Source: Eledone cirrhosa (Eukaryota). Taken from it: a stretch of 64,000 nucleotides of DNA. The notes below the pieces were generated by a model. It did not search any database, had not been told where the DNA came from, and was given only the letters and a program-made list of their open reading frames with translations. Below are positions 17,958 to 33,331 of this stretch, in pieces (the first letter of the stretch is position 1; every line of letters starts with the position of its first letter). Both the position numbers and the translations under genes were made by a program. The DNA lies in assembly GCA_964016885.1 (NCBI GenBank), contig OZ024755.1, forward strand, positions 42,036,001 to 42,100,000, given 5' to 3'.

Positions 17958-17988
17958 CATATATATATATATACATATATATATATAC

Positions 17989-18118
<130 letters not shown>

Positions 18119-18144
18119 GTATATATATATATACATATATTTAT

Positions 18145-18178
<34 letters not shown>

Positions 18179-18551
18179 ACATATATACATATGTACATAT
18201 ATGTATATATATACATATATACATATACATGTATATATATATACATATATACATATACATATATATATATACATATATACATATACATCTATCTATATAT
18301 ATATATATATACATATATGCAATGCAGAGGGAAATCTCGAGGTAGGAAGTGAATGATAGATAGGAGAAACAGGTGAAAGTGAAAATTGAGAGAGACAAAG
18401 ATGAAAACAAAACAAAGGTAGAAGGGTTACCGTAGTGGAGATTTAATCCCAATATTTCGGGCTCACGCCCATCAACGGGGGAAAGTTCCAAAAGGGGGGG
18501 GGGGAAGGGCCAAGCGGAGAAAGTTGTGATGTCGTTAAGACAGGAATGCCG

Positions 18552-18591
<40 letters not shown>

Positions 18592-18596
<5 letters not shown>

Positions 18597-18992
18597 TAAA
18601 ATAACAGATTAAAGTTTAAGCAAAGAATCGCTGCTTTCACCCTTAACGGGATCTTCTGAAACTAACAAAGTCAATCTGTAAACGCAGAACTGGATATTAA
18701 TGACGTATTATATTCGTTTTTTCCCGTTCTTTGCCAGCGAACGTTTCCACGAACCAAAGTATCGTCTTCCTGTCTTCCTCCGGTTGCAACGTTTTTTGAA
18801 ATATCCACTTCTGCGTTTACAGATTGACTTTGTTAGTTTCAGAAGTTCCCGTTAAGGGTGAAAGCAGCGATTCTTTGCTTAAACTTTAATCTGTTATTTT
18901 AATAAATATTTGCTCTACGGTTCTTATATACTTGATATATATTTAACCTTATCGAGCCCTCTTTGGATTTTAGTCTTTAAATTTATTATTAT

Positions 18993-18995
<3 letters not shown>
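18592..18995. mobile_element. Fold-back solo pseudo-LTR of family B
   Basis: 18592-18697 matches the sequence starting at about 5012. About 18737-18930 is the inverted copy. Confidence 0.85.
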
Positions 18996-19026
<31 letters not shown>

Positions 19027-19029
<3 letters not shown>

Positions 19030-19290
19030 AAGTTATATTTAAAATTGTTGGGTTACAACTAGTAAATATTTATAACTGATATAAAAGCACTCGACAAATA
19101 TTTGGAGTATATTTACAATATTAAATAAATGGAAAACTATATTTATAAAACCATATTTATTTCATTATATATATTTCGGGGATATCATATTAACAATATG
19201 CTATGCCTTCATCAGACAAAATACAATATAAACAGTTTTATAGATAAATATATTCGACATACCGTAATAAACATCAACTTCATTTGGAGA
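19027..19290 (-). mobile_element. Family D pseudo-LTR (another copy at 20581-20790)
   Basis: Matches 21911-22317. Carries a CTGATGA-agg...GAAA-tata core on minus. Confidence 0.7.
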
Positions 19291-20033
19291 GGTTTACGCT
19301 AGCAGTGAAAATACAGAGAGAAAGAAAGAGAGAAAGAAAAGAGGGAAAAAAGAAAGAAAGACAGAACGAAGAGAAGGAAGAAAAAGAAAAAGAAGAAAAA
19401 AGAAAAAGAAGAAATGCATGGAACAAAATAGAGAGATGGAAAAATAGATAAAGCGAAGAGCTTCATGTAAAGAGACAGAAAGAGATATATATATATAGAG
19501 AGAGAGGAAATAGAGATAGATACATATATATATATAGAAAATTAGGTAGTGGTAGGTCATTTTGAGTAAGTGTATCAATGATACATTTATTTATTTATTT
19601 GTTTATTTATTTATTTATTTAGCTCAAGTATTAATGTAAGGGAGAAATATAGAGAGATATAGAGAGATATAGAGAGAGAAAAAATTTAAAAATAGCCAGA
19701 CATATTCGAGGCGTAGAAAACTCTATGTTTTAATGTATTAGTATTTATAAAACTTACACTATACTGTAAATATCAGTATTCCTGAATGAAACAAGTATTC
19801 ACAATGTGTGAAAATTCCTTATCTTATGTTTAGTTTTAAAAAATTCATATGTTTATGTGACAGCTACAAACATCAATGTGAATCCAACTGATTCACTCCG
19901 CAAATTCTAAGTTACCGGAAAACATTCTCAATGTGGTATAAAAATTTGAGCATATTATTATTCTTGCGATTACTCTACAAGATTATCTATCAATATATCT
20001 ATCTATAAATATATACATATATCTATATACATG

Positions 20034-20131
<98 letters not shown>

Positions 20132-20142
20132 CATATATATAG

Positions 20143-20249
<107 letters not shown>

Positions 20250-20254
20250 CATAC

Positions 20255-20285
<31 letters not shown>

Positions 20286-20290
20286 CATAC

Positions 20291-20367
<77 letters not shown>

Positions 20368-20444
20368 TATACATATATATAAACATATATACATATATAT
20401 ACATATATATACATATATATATACATATATATACATATATATAA

Positions 20445-20511
<67 letters not shown>

Positions 20512-20529
20512 ATATATATACATATATGT

Positions 20530-20582
<53 letters not shown>

Positions 20583-20796
20583 CAATATTAAATAAATGGA
20601 AACTATATTTATAAAACCATATTTATTTCATTATATATATTTCAGGGATATCATATTAACAATATGCTATGCCTTCCTCAGACAAAATACAATATAAACA
20701 GTTTTATAGATAAATAGATTCGACATACCGTAACAACATCGACTTGCATTTGAAGAGGTTGATTTGGCAGTGAAAAAATTGTACACAGAGAGATGC

Positions 20797-20842
<46 letters not shown>

Positions 20843-20907
20843 GTATATATACATATATACATATACATATATATATATACATATATACATATACATATAT
20901 ATATATA

Positions 20908-21075
20908 TAGGAACAAGTAAGACCCCGACGGCTGAGCTCAAGCCGTTTCGACGGCTAGCCGTCGAAACGGCTTGAGCTCAGGGTCTTACTTGTTCCTATT
21001 ACCCACTCTACTACCCTAAGTATTGAGTACTTTGGTGCGTTATGGTCCACTTGGTTCCTTACCACATTTCCTTCG

Positions 21076-21078
<3 letters not shown>
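20908..21078. mobile_element. Family E fold-back copy
   Basis: Palindrome centred at 20956/20957 with the same two termini as 1133-1335. Confidence 0.7.
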
Positions 21079-21168
<90 letters not shown>

Positions 21169-21287
21169 TACATATACATACATATATATATATATATATA
21201 CATATATACATATACATACATATATATATATATATATATACATATATACATATACATACATATATATATATATATATACATATATAC

Positions 21288-21358
<71 letters not shown>

Positions 21359-21359
21359 A

Positions 21360-21392
<33 letters not shown>

Positions 21393-21532
21393 CATATATG
21401 TAGATAAATCTACCAAAATATACGGTAGTGTCCAATCCGTATGAAGAACTCAATGTAATCCGAATATCATGAAAAGAGATGTATTAAAAAAAAATTTTCC
21501 GATGAAAAATACAGGAAAACAGAGTCAAGATA

Positions 21533-21628
21533 AATTAATAAAAATAATGAATAAAAACAACGAAACTGTTCCTTATTTTTTAATATAAGGAACTGTTTCT
21601 TTGTTTTTATTCATTATTTTTATTAATT

Positions 21629-21630
<2 letters not shown>
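21533..21630. repeat. About 100-bp AT-rich near-perfect inverted repeat
   Basis: taaattaataaaaataatgaataaaaacaa...ttgtttttattcattatttttattaattta. Confidence 0.75.
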
Positions 21631-21706
<76 letters not shown>

Positions 21707-21748
21707 CGTGTATATATATACATATACATATAAATATACATATACATG

Positions 21749-21779
<31 letters not shown>

Positions 21780-21795
21780 ATACATATATATATAC

Positions 21796-21846
<51 letters not shown>

Positions 21847-21879
21847 TATAAATATATATATATATGTATATATATATAC

Positions 21880-21910
<31 letters not shown>

Positions 21911-21912
<2 letters not shown>

Positions 21913-22312
21913 CAATATTAAATAAATGGAAAACTATATTTATAAAACCATATTTATTTCATTATATATATTTCGGGGATATCATATTAACAATATGCTA
22001 TGCCTTCATCAGACAAAATACAATATAAACAGTTTTATAGATAAATATATTCGACATACCGTAATAAACGTTTATTACGGTATGTCGAATATATTTATCT
22101 ATAAAACTGTTTATATTGTATTTTGTCTGATGAAGGCATAGCATATTGTTAATATGATATCCCCGAAATATATATAATGAAATAAATATGGTTTTATAAA
22201 TATAGTTTTCCATTTATTTAATATTGTAAATATACTCCAAATATTTGTCGAGTGCTTTTATATCAGTTATAAATATTTACTAGTTGTAACCCAACAATTT
22301 TAAATATAACTT

Positions 22313-22317
<5 letters not shown>
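21911..22317. mobile_element. Family D fold-back: spacerless 318-bp palindrome (21911-22228) plus an 89-bp tail
   Basis: Centre gtaataaac|gtttattac at 22069/22070. The ORF track gives the same peptide on both strands. Confidence 0.9.
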
Positions 22318-22401
<84 letters not shown>

Positions 22402-22468
22402 ATATATATACACATATACATATATATATATATATATACATTTATATATATATATACATATACATATA

Positions 22469-22542
<74 letters not shown>

Positions 22543-22970
22543 CATAATAATAATCGTGGTAAGAGTTTACACATAATCGTGGTAAGAGTGTATGCATTTC
22601 TTCTAACTTTAAATTTATACCTAACTGTGTATGGTTGACGGTATATTTAGTCGATTTCTACATGCTGTTGAAATGTTGGGTAAATATTCTCTTGCGGTCG
22701 GCCGCGAAGAGACTGCTTTCGTTTATTTATCAAATATTTCTTAATAGGAGCCTTTATTCTTATAGCCTGGTCTAATTGATTTTTTATGTGGTTAATTATG
22801 CTAATTGGGAGAGGAAATGGTGTATATATTTTATCAAATGATTCTATGGACATACTTTTGATATATTGCTTTGATTATTTAATTTATTAATTCTTCATTG
22901 AGCCACATCGTGACTGGTTGCCGCATATATATCTGTGACTTTGTTTAGTTTGTATATATGTAAATCTTTA

Positions 22971-23189
<219 letters not shown>

Positions 23190-23223
23190 TTATATATATA
23201 TATATATATACTTATATATATAT

Positions 23224-23440
23224 ATTGTTATACTTGGGGAGGGTCATATTTGCGTAATATTGCCAGAATTAATAACAGAACACACTCACTGTTTGGTTGG
23301 TTTTCGCTTCGCGCTGTCTTTTATATCTGCGATCTAACTTACTCGGTCCTCAATGTTACCATTGACTGACCGACGGTCAAAAATAATACAGATACAATAT
23401 AGACAATATGGCAATATTACGCAAATATGACCCTCCCCAA

Positions 23441-23443
<3 letters not shown>
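23224..23443. mobile_element. Family C pseudo-LTR fragment with short inverted arm
   Basis: Matches 8150-8335. 23408-23443 is inverted. Confidence 0.8.
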
Positions 23444-23483
<40 letters not shown>

Positions 23484-23506
23484 TATATACATATAAATAC
23501 ACATAC

Positions 23507-23545
<39 letters not shown>

Positions 23546-23618
23546 CACACACACGCGCATACACACATACACACACCCACACACAAAATATATATACACA
23601 CACACTCTCTCTCTCATG

Positions 23619-23660
<42 letters not shown>

Positions 23661-23707
23661 CACACACACATACACACACACATACACATATATATTCATA
23701 TATATAC

Positions 23708-23776
<69 letters not shown>

Positions 23777-23846
23777 CATACATATATATACATATACACA
23801 CACACCTGCCCACACAATCATATACATATATATATACACATATACG

Positions 23847-23883
<37 letters not shown>

Positions 23884-23885
<2 letters not shown>

Positions 23886-26800
23886 GGGTGGGAAATGACA
23901 ATGGGTTGGGTGGGGTAGGAATCATGGTAGCAGAAAAGTGGGCAGATAAGATAATAGACGTAAATAGAGTGAACGACAGAATAATTAAAATAAGACTTGT
24001 CCTCAATAAAACTACGGTGACAGTAATATCTGCGTACGCACCCCAATCCGGACTGCCCCGCGCTATAAAAGACAGATTCTACGAGACACTGATGCTCGCT
24101 ACCTCCCAAATAACCGACAGTGACTATATAGTTATTGCAGGCGACCTAAATGGTCACGTTGGACAACATTGTGACGGCTATGACGGAATCCATGGAGGCT
24201 ATGGGTTCGGTACTAGAAATGAGGAAGGCTCCAGAATCCTGGAATTCTGCGACGCAAATAACTTAACTATCTGTAACACTAACTTCAAAAAACGAGACAA
24301 TCACTTGATCACCTATAGATCGGGGGAACACACAAGCCAGGTAGATTATATCCTTACCAGAAGACGTGACAGAGTGTCTGTTGTTAACACTAAATCCCAC
24401 CCCCATGAAGAATTCACCTCCCAACATAGACTGATAATTAGCGACCTCATAGTCAGGACGAGACGTACTAGACAGCGGAAGAGGACTATCCTCAGGAGAA
24501 AAATATGGAAGCTAAAGGACCCCATAGCCAGAAATAAATTTCAAAGCAAATTACTTGACGCTTTCGACAGTAAGGAAGAGCAATTAGAGTCGTATAATAT
24601 AGAGGAACAGTGGGAATTCCTGAGAGCAAACCTGCTGACGGCGGCAGACGAAGTCTGTGGCTGGAGCAGGCCTGTAGGTAGGAGGAGAGTAACATGGTGG
24701 TGGAACAGTAAGGTGGAGGAGTCAATTAAGGCCAAAAAGCAGGCTTGGAATGTATGGCGGGATGGGGGAAGTAGAGAAGACTATCAAGTGGCCAGGAGGG
24801 AAGCTAGGAGACAAGTGTACTTCGCAAGAAGGGAAGCAGAGGAAAGAAAGTTCAAGCATGTTCTACAACGTGAGGACCAAAAACGTGAGGTGTTCAGGAT
24901 TGCCAGGCAATGTGTCAAGGAAAACCGTGATATTGTCGGGGAGAAGTGTGTACTTAACGATGATGGCATACTTGCCATCACCGACGCTGATAAGAAGGTA
25001 GCTTGGAAGTGTCACTACGAAAGGCTTCTAAATGAGGAGAACAAATGGGAGAAAGACAGTCTCCCCCAGATCGATCCAATAGAGGGACCAGCAGTGTTAG
25101 TTGAAGGTAGTATAATAAGTAAGGCAATCAAAGATATGAAGACGGGTAAGGCGGCTGGGCCTTCGGAAATAGTTGCTGAGATGCTGAAGGCATCTGGTTC
25201 GGTGGGACACACCATGGTCACCCGGATAGTTAACCAAGTCGTACAGAATGGGGTTGTTCCGAAGGAATGGCGTAGCAGCATCATCGTTAACTGCTATAAG
25301 GGAAAAGGAGATGCCCTAGATAGGAGTAACTATAGAGGCATTAAATTAATCGACCAGGTCATGAAGGTCACGGAAAAAGTAATAGCGCAACTAATCAGAG
25401 AGAGAATTGATCTAGATGAAATGCAGTTCGGGTTTGTGTCAGGCAAAAGTACCACAGACGCTCTTTTCATTGTACGACAACTACAGGAGAAGTACCTAGC
25501 TAAAAGTAAACCCCTATACTTAGCTTTTGTCGACTTGGAGAAAGCCTTCGACAGAGTCCCCCGTTCCATTATCTGGTGGTCTCTTAGAAAACTAGGTGTT
25601 GACGAATGGCTTGTGAGAGCTATACAAGCCATGTATAAAGAAACAGTCAGTAAGGTTAGAATTAACAACGAATATAGTGAAGAGTTTAGCGTAAAAGTTG
25701 GTGTCCATCAGGGCTCTGTACTTAGCCCCCTACTATTTATTATTGCCCTTCAGGCTATAACAGAGGAGTTCAAGACCGGCTGCCCATGGGAACTCCTATA
25801 CGCAGATGATCTAACGCTCATAGCTGAATCAATGACCGAACTAGAGAAGAAATTCCAAACGTGGAAGCACGGCCTAGAATCAAAAGGCCTTAAAATTAAC
25901 CTGGCTAAGACTAAAGTTCTAGTTTGTAGGAAAGAAAATAAGGCGGCGGTCCCATCGGGGAAATGGCCATGCTCAGTGTGTAGGAAAGGCGTAGGTAGAA
26001 ACTCCATTTTATGTCCCAAATGCAAAGTATGGGTGCATAAAAGATGTAGTGGGATCACAGGTAAGCTAACTAAGAACATAGATTTTACATGTGGCCGGTG
26101 CTCTGGTGCAATAAGTAGCAGCAAGTGCCCACAAAATACTAGCTCCTTCAACTGCGCAGAGGGTTCTATAGAAATAGTGGACAGCTTCCGTTATCTGGGT
26201 GACAAAATCAGCAGTGGGGGAGGGTGCTCTGAAAGTACAGTAGCTAGAGTCAGAACTGGATGGAAAAAGTTCAGAGAGCTTATACCACTATTAGCCGCTA
26301 GAGGGTTCTCCCTAAAAATGAAAGGCAGGTTATACGATGCCTGCATACGAACAGCAATGCTGCATGGCAGTGAGACCTGGGCATTGTGTGCAGAGGATAT
26401 ACGCAGACTAGAGAGGAACGAAGCTTGCATGCTCCGCTGGATGTGCAATAGTAATATACGTGAACGGCAAAGCATAAACGAACTAAGGAAAAAATTAGAA
26501 ATAAGAGGGATCAGATGTTGTTTACTCGAGAGAAGGCTACGTTGGTACGGTCACGTGATGCGCATGAAAGACGACAGCTGTATAACAAAGTGCAGGGCAA
26601 TAAAGATAGACGGTAGCCACGGAGTAGGCAGACCCAGAAAAACATGGGACGAGCTGATAAATTCCGACCTCACACGCTTACACCTCTCCAAGACAATGTC
26701 ACTGGACCGAGACCTTTGGCGGTACTCAGTAATAGAGAAGGCCCGCCTTACCTAAATACAAAGTAAAAACCTACTACAGTCAGTAGGCACCTCTATCAAA

Positions 26801-27264
26801 ACACACCCCCGTCCCACCACCTCCACCCCACCCACACCGCCCCTTTCAATGTAAAGTTATGTTGGTCCCACAACATCCAGGCCGAAACAAATGAGATCGT
26901 GTAGGTGTCACGACAAAAAACACACAGTCCACGCTGTAAATGTGGCCGTGTAGGCAACACGGTAAAAACCTCCCAGCCCCACACTGTAAATGTGGTTGGT
27001 GTTAGGAAGGGCATCCAGCTGTAGAAAACCCGCCAGACTGTCCACGCTGTAATGTGGCCGTGTAGGCAACACGGTAAAAACCTCCCAGCCCCACACTGTA
27101 AATGTGGTTGGTGTTAGGAAGGGCATCCAACTGTAGAAAACCCGCCAGACAGTCCTATGCGAGTAAGACAACCACTCTTGCCTCAAGTGGGAAAACCCCC
27201 GTCCAAACCCATGCAAGCGTGGAACACGGACGCTAAACCTGATGATGATGATGATGATGATGAT
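23884..27264 (+). mobile_element. RTE-clade LINE, 5'-truncated, with 3' UTR (about 118-bp internal duplication) and (GAT)n tail
   Basis: APE plus RT ORF, ggaagggcatcc..ctgtagaaaac motif twice, gatgatgat tail at 27241-27264. Confidence 0.92.
23885..26755 (+). CDS. RTE LINE ORF (partial APE endonuclease, RT, embedded PHD finger), 956 uninterrupted codons, no native start
   Basis: Motifs [71 protein letters not shown]. Confidence 0.9.
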
Positions 27265-27330
27265 ATATATATATATATATACACATATATATACATATAT
27301 ATATATATACACACACACACACACGCACAA

Positions 27331-27361
<31 letters not shown>

Positions 27362-27410
27362 TACATATACATATATACATATACACACATATATATATAT
27401 ATATATATAC

Positions 27411-27469
<59 letters not shown>

Positions 27470-27579
27470 TACATACATACACACATACATACATACACAC
27501 ATACACAGACATATACATAAACATACACACACACATACGCACGTATACAAACATACATACATACACATACATACACACA

Positions 27580-27641
<62 letters not shown>

Positions 27642-27739
27642 CATACATATACACAAACACATACATACATATAAATACAAAAATATACACACATAAAACA
27701 CATATACACACAAACATATATATATACACATACACATAC

Positions 27740-27776
<37 letters not shown>

Positions 27777-27799
27777 CACACACACATATATATACACAT

Positions 27800-27868
<69 letters not shown>

Positions 27869-28004
27869 CACATATATATATATATATATACACATATACA
27901 TACATACATACATACATATACACAAACACATACATACATATACCTACATAAATATACACACATAAAACACATATACACACAAACATATATATATACATAT
28001 ATAC

Positions 28005-28101
<97 letters not shown>

Positions 28102-28770
28102 TACACATATACACATATACAAACAAATATATACACATACAAGTAAATAGGTACTCAATAAATATACGCATATACACAGGCACATAAAGACACCTCTACA
28201 GGCAGAAAATGTAGATACGAAAGAGGTACTCACATGACCATAGTGGCCGTATTTCAGGTTGAGGAGGGGTGGGGGTAGGGTGGGGAGGAGGTATAGGGGC
28301 CAGTAGGGGGAGGTCGTTTTTAGCCATCGGGCTTTAACACTGGCTTAAAGTGTTTGAATGTTGCAAAGTTCTTGTGCATGCAGTTCGGGCAGTGTTCAGA
28401 GAGTTTGTTCAGTAGCGGGCCCTTGGCGAATAAAATTTCGTAGCTCTCTGAAATACAAAGGTCGCAGCCCTTGTGTCCTCCGTTGTAAGAGCGCGCTTTC
28501 TGGAGTATTTTCCAATTAAGCGTGAAGGGGGTGGAGTTCCTTTTGAGGTCCCAAACGTAGGAGGCGAGTGTTGTTTGATTTGATTTATCCGGTCTTCTGA
28601 AGGAGTGGGTATGGGCATACCAGCGGGTCTTAAAGGTGTTGGAGGTCATGCCGATGTAAGTTTTTTTGCAATCCTCGGTGCCCGAGATGACATCGCATTT
28701 GTATACGATGTCATTTGTGAGGCATTTGTTTTCTAGTGGGCATGCTTCCTTATTTAGGCAATTACATAGA

Positions 28771-29853
28771 GCCCTGCATAAGGTTAGCCCCAGAACCACC
28801 GATGGGTTTCGGAAAAACTTAAGCTCTTTCTTCTCTAATCTAGGATTTAGTATAACTATAGATTCTAATTTGACTAGGGCCAACTTCTTAGATGTCACTC
28901 TCGACCTAGATACTTCCCTCTATTACCCGTACCACAAACCTAATGAGTCCCTTAAATATATTAATGTTAATTCAAACCACCCCCAAAACATTACTGATAA
29001 CCTAGTAAAAAGCGTCTCTATTAGAATATCTGGCCTCTCCGCCAGCAAAGATATTTTTAATGCATCTGCCTCCTACTACAATGACGCCCTAGCCCGTAGC
29101 GGATTTAAAGATAAGATAACTTACCTAGAAACCACCGCAAAATTGCAGAGGAGGAATAGACATAGGCAGATTAGCTGGTACAACCCTCCCTTCAATAGAG
29201 AGGTATCTACTCCGATAGCTAGGATTTTCTTCACTTTACTGAAATTACACTTCCCCATACAACATAGGTACTACACCATCTTTAATAAGAACACTATAAG
29301 ACTTTCTTACTCCACCACACCTAACCTAGCTAGGAATATAGCCAACCACAACTCTAAACTAAATAAGCCAACCACCTCCGAAACCAATCCCCGGACTGGG
29401 GCTCTATGTAATTGCCTAAATAAGGAAGCATGCCCACTAGAAAACAAATGCCTCACAAATGACATCGTATACAAATGCGATGTCATCTCGGGCACCGAGG
29501 ATTGCAAAAAAACTTACATCGGCATGACCTCCAACACCTTTAAGACCCGCTGGTATGCCCATACCCACTCCTTCAGAAGACCGGATAAATCAAATCAAAC
29601 AACACTCGCCTCCTACGTTTGGGACCTCAAAAGGAACTCCACCCCCTTCACGCTTAATTGGAAAATACTCCAGAAAGCGCGCTCTTACAACGGAGGACAC
29701 AAGGGCTGCGACCTTTGTATTTCAGAGAGCTACGAAATTTTATTCGCCAAGGGCCCGCTACTGAACAAACTCTCTGAACACTGCCCGAACTGCATGCACA
29801 AGAACTTTGCAACATTCAAACACTTTAAGCCAGTGTTAAAGCCCGATGGCTAA
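28771..29853 (+). CDS. PLE RT C-terminal part plus GIY-YIG endonuclease (5'-truncated, frame open)
   Basis: Motifs NFLDVTL, WYNPPF, CNCLNKEACPL, IVYKC...TYIGMT, CDLCISE. Clearly homologous to 5183-7183. Confidence 0.88.
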   Translation, partial: ALHKVSPRTTDGFRKNLSSFFSNLGFSITIDSNLTRANFLDVTLDLDTSLYYPYHKPNESLKYINVNSNHPQNITDNLVKSVSIRISGLSASKDIFNASASYYNDALARSGFKDKITYLETTAKLQRRNRHRQISWYNPPFNREVSTPIARIFFTLLKLHFPIQHRYYTIFNKNTIRLSYSTTPNLARNIANHNSKLNKPTTSETNPRTGALCNCLNKEACPLENKCLTNDIVYKCDVISGTEDCKKTYIGMTSNTFKTRWYAHTHSFRRPDKSNQTTLASYVWDLKRNSTPFTLNWKILQKARSYNGGHKGCDLCISESYEILFAKGPLLNKLSEHCPNCMHKNFATFKHFKPVLKPDG

Positions 29854-30071
29854 AAACGACCTCCCCCTACTGGCCCCTATACCTCCTCCCCACCCTACCC
29901 CCACCCCTCCTCAACCTGAAATACGGCCACTATGGTCATGTGAGTACCTCTTTCGTATCTACATTTTCTGCCTGTAGAGGTGTCTTTATGTGCCTGTGTA
30001 TATGCGTATATTTATTGAGTACCTATTTACTTGTATGTGTATATATTTGTTTGTATATGTGTATATGTGTA

Positions 30072-30156
<85 letters not shown>

Positions 30157-30272
30157 GTATATATATATATATGTATATATGTATATATATATGTTTGTGT
30201 GTATATGTGTTTTATGTGTGTATATTTATGTAGGTATATGTATGTATGTGTTTGTGTATATGTATGTATGTA

Positions 30273-30303
<31 letters not shown>

Positions 30304-30306
30304 GTG

Positions 30307-30377
<71 letters not shown>

Positions 30378-30406
30378 ATGTGTATGTGTATATATATGTG
30401 TGTGTG

Positions 30407-30443
<37 letters not shown>

Positions 30444-30541
30444 GTATGTGTATGTGTATATATATATGTTTGTGTGTATATGTGTTTTATGTGTGTATAT
30501 TTTTGTATGTATATGTATGTATGTGTTTGTGTATATGTATG

Positions 30542-30617
<76 letters not shown>

Positions 30618-30751
30618 TGTGTGTATGTATGTGTATGTATGTATGTTTGTATACGTCTGTATGTGTGTGTGTATGTTTATGTATATGTCTGTGTATGTGT
30701 GTATGTATGTATGTGTGTGTATATATGTGTGTATATATATGTGTATATGTA

Positions 30752-30782
<31 letters not shown>

Positions 30783-30857
30783 GTGTATATATATATGTGT
30801 GTATGTATATATATATATATGTATGCATGTATATGTATGTATGTGTGTATGTATGTA

Positions 30858-30934
<77 letters not shown>

Positions 30935-30985
30935 GTATATATATATATATATATATATGTGTGTATATGTATATATGTATATGTA

Positions 30986-31016
<31 letters not shown>

Positions 31017-31026
31017 GTGCGTGTGA

Positions 31027-31134
<108 letters not shown>

Positions 31135-31207
31135 ATATGTATATGTGTATATATATATGTATATGATTGTGTGGGCAGGTGTGTGTGTATATGTATATAT
31201 ATGTATG

Positions 31208-31260
<53 letters not shown>

Positions 31261-31403
31261 GTATATATATGTATATATATGTGTATGTGTGTGTGTATGT
31301 GTGTGTGTATGGATATATATATATATATATATATATATGTGCATGAGAGAGAGAGTGTGTGTATATATATTTTGTGTGTGGGTGTGTGTATGTGTGTATG
31401 CGC

Positions 31404-31463
<60 letters not shown>

Positions 31464-31486
31464 GTATGTGTATTTATATGTATATA

Positions 31487-31541
<55 letters not shown>

Positions 31542-31694
31542 GTATATATATATATATGTATATATATGTATATGTATGTGTATATGTATGTGTATGTATA
31601 TATATGTGTGTGTATATGTGCGTTATATGTCTGTATATATATGTGTATATTTATGTATAGGTCTGTGTATGTATGTGTATGTTTGTGTATGTAT

Positions 31695-31752
<58 letters not shown>

Positions 31753-31953
31753 TTGTATGTGTGTGTATAGATATATATATATATATATGTATATGTATAT
31801 GTATATATATGTGTATGTATATGTATATATATATGTGTGTGTATGTGTGTGTGTATAGATATTTATACATATGTATACTCGTGTTTGTATGTATGCGTGT
31901 GAGTCTATTTATTTGTGTATATATGTGTGTGTGTGTGTATGTATGTGTATGTC

Positions 31954-32040
<87 letters not shown>

Positions 32041-32084
32041 GTATGTATATATATATATATGTATATATATATGTGTGTGTGTGT

Positions 32085-32126
<42 letters not shown>

Positions 32127-32153
32127 ATGTGTTTGTATATATATGTATATATG

Positions 32154-32225
<72 letters not shown>

Positions 32226-32954
32226 CGTATGTATATGTGTATATGTATTTTATATATGTATGTATGTATGTATGTGTGTATGTATGTGTGTGTACATGAA
32301 TATATATTTTTATATATATTTATATATTTTTTATATATGTGTGTGTGTTTTTATGTGTGTATATGTGTTTGTTTATGGTTGCGCGTAAGTGTGTGAGTGA
32401 GTATGTGTGTTTTTTTGTTTTTTATGTGTGTTTCTTTGTTTTTCTGTTTTTTTGTTTTTTTGTTTTTTTGTTTTTTTGTTTTTTTGTGAATGTGTCTGTT
32501 GATTTTGGCATATTGTTGATTAGTTTAAGAGAAGTTCGAAGATAATAGTAAGATATGCACTCAGTATTTTGAATCTGTCTGCAGAATTCCCTAGACCTTT
32601 GTCACTTAGTAGAACCTTAATGACTTTAGCTTTTAAAGAATCTCCCTCTTCTTTAATTCTATCGAGCTTGACTGACCCCCCACTGATTTTATAGACATCT
32701 GTTAGCTTAAGAGAAACTTATTGACAAGGAATGGTATGCCATCCGGAACCTGTTTATAGAATTCTGTCTGCCTTTGTTACTCTAAAAACATAAATAAATA
32801 TAAATAAAAATAAAAATTAACTTTAGCTTTGTAGAATTAGCTTTTAATGAATTCCCCTTTCTATCAACCAATGACCTGCACCCATCCAACTCCCCACCCT
32901 CTCCTACCACTTGTAGAGACCTATAAATACCATATTTATTTTTTGATACCCAGA

Positions 32955-32999
32955 TTCCTGATGATTTCTAATGAATGAAACAGTTCTAGTCCTGTAGAA
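32955..32999 (+). ncRNA. Type I hammerhead motif
   Basis: ttc CTGATGA tttc-taat-gaat GAAA cag-ttctagtc-ctg TA gaa. Confidence 0.7.
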
Positions 33000-33035
33000 G
33001 CTCTTCTATATTAAAACTATATATATATATATATA

Positions 33036-33068
<33 letters not shown>

Positions 33069-33100
33069 GTATATATATATAGTTATATATATATATATAG

Positions 33101-33161
<61 letters not shown>

Positions 33162-33285
33162 TGTATATATAGTGTATTTTGCAATGCACTGTATGCTTAA
33201 TTAAAAGCATTTCAAAGACCTTGCGCTATTGTTTTAGAGTAGTGACAGTCTCACTTACTTTAATTTTCAGCAAACAGGGGAGATA

Positions 33286-33331
33286 AAGCTGACAGAGCTC
33301 TGTTTCGCACTTTTGGTGCTTATCAAAGGTA
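33286..33331 (-). ncRNA. Type I hammerhead, U3-A8 variant
   Basis: cct TTGATAA gcac-caaaa-gtgc GAAA cagagctctg TC ag. Stem III is palindromic and the triplet is GUC. Stem I is weak. Confidence 0.7.

Noticed and set aside
18447-18480. Hammerhead on minus (cccc-gTTGAT-gggc/gccc-GAAA-tatt-ggg)
   Set aside because: The core lacks two conserved bases, so it is at best a dead remnant and was not counted.
21926-22213. Identical 71-aa ORFs on both strands
   Set aside because: A direct consequence of the palindrome, with no coding evidence.
23408-23884. N-terminal 159 aa of the 1115-aa ORF
   Set aside because: Chance read-through from a pseudo-LTR fragment and microsatellite into the truncated RTE ORF.
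28320-28898. Separate 192-aa GIY-YIG gene on the minus strand
   Set aside because: It is the inverted duplicate of the PLE 3' end fused to antisense sequence across the 28774 junction.
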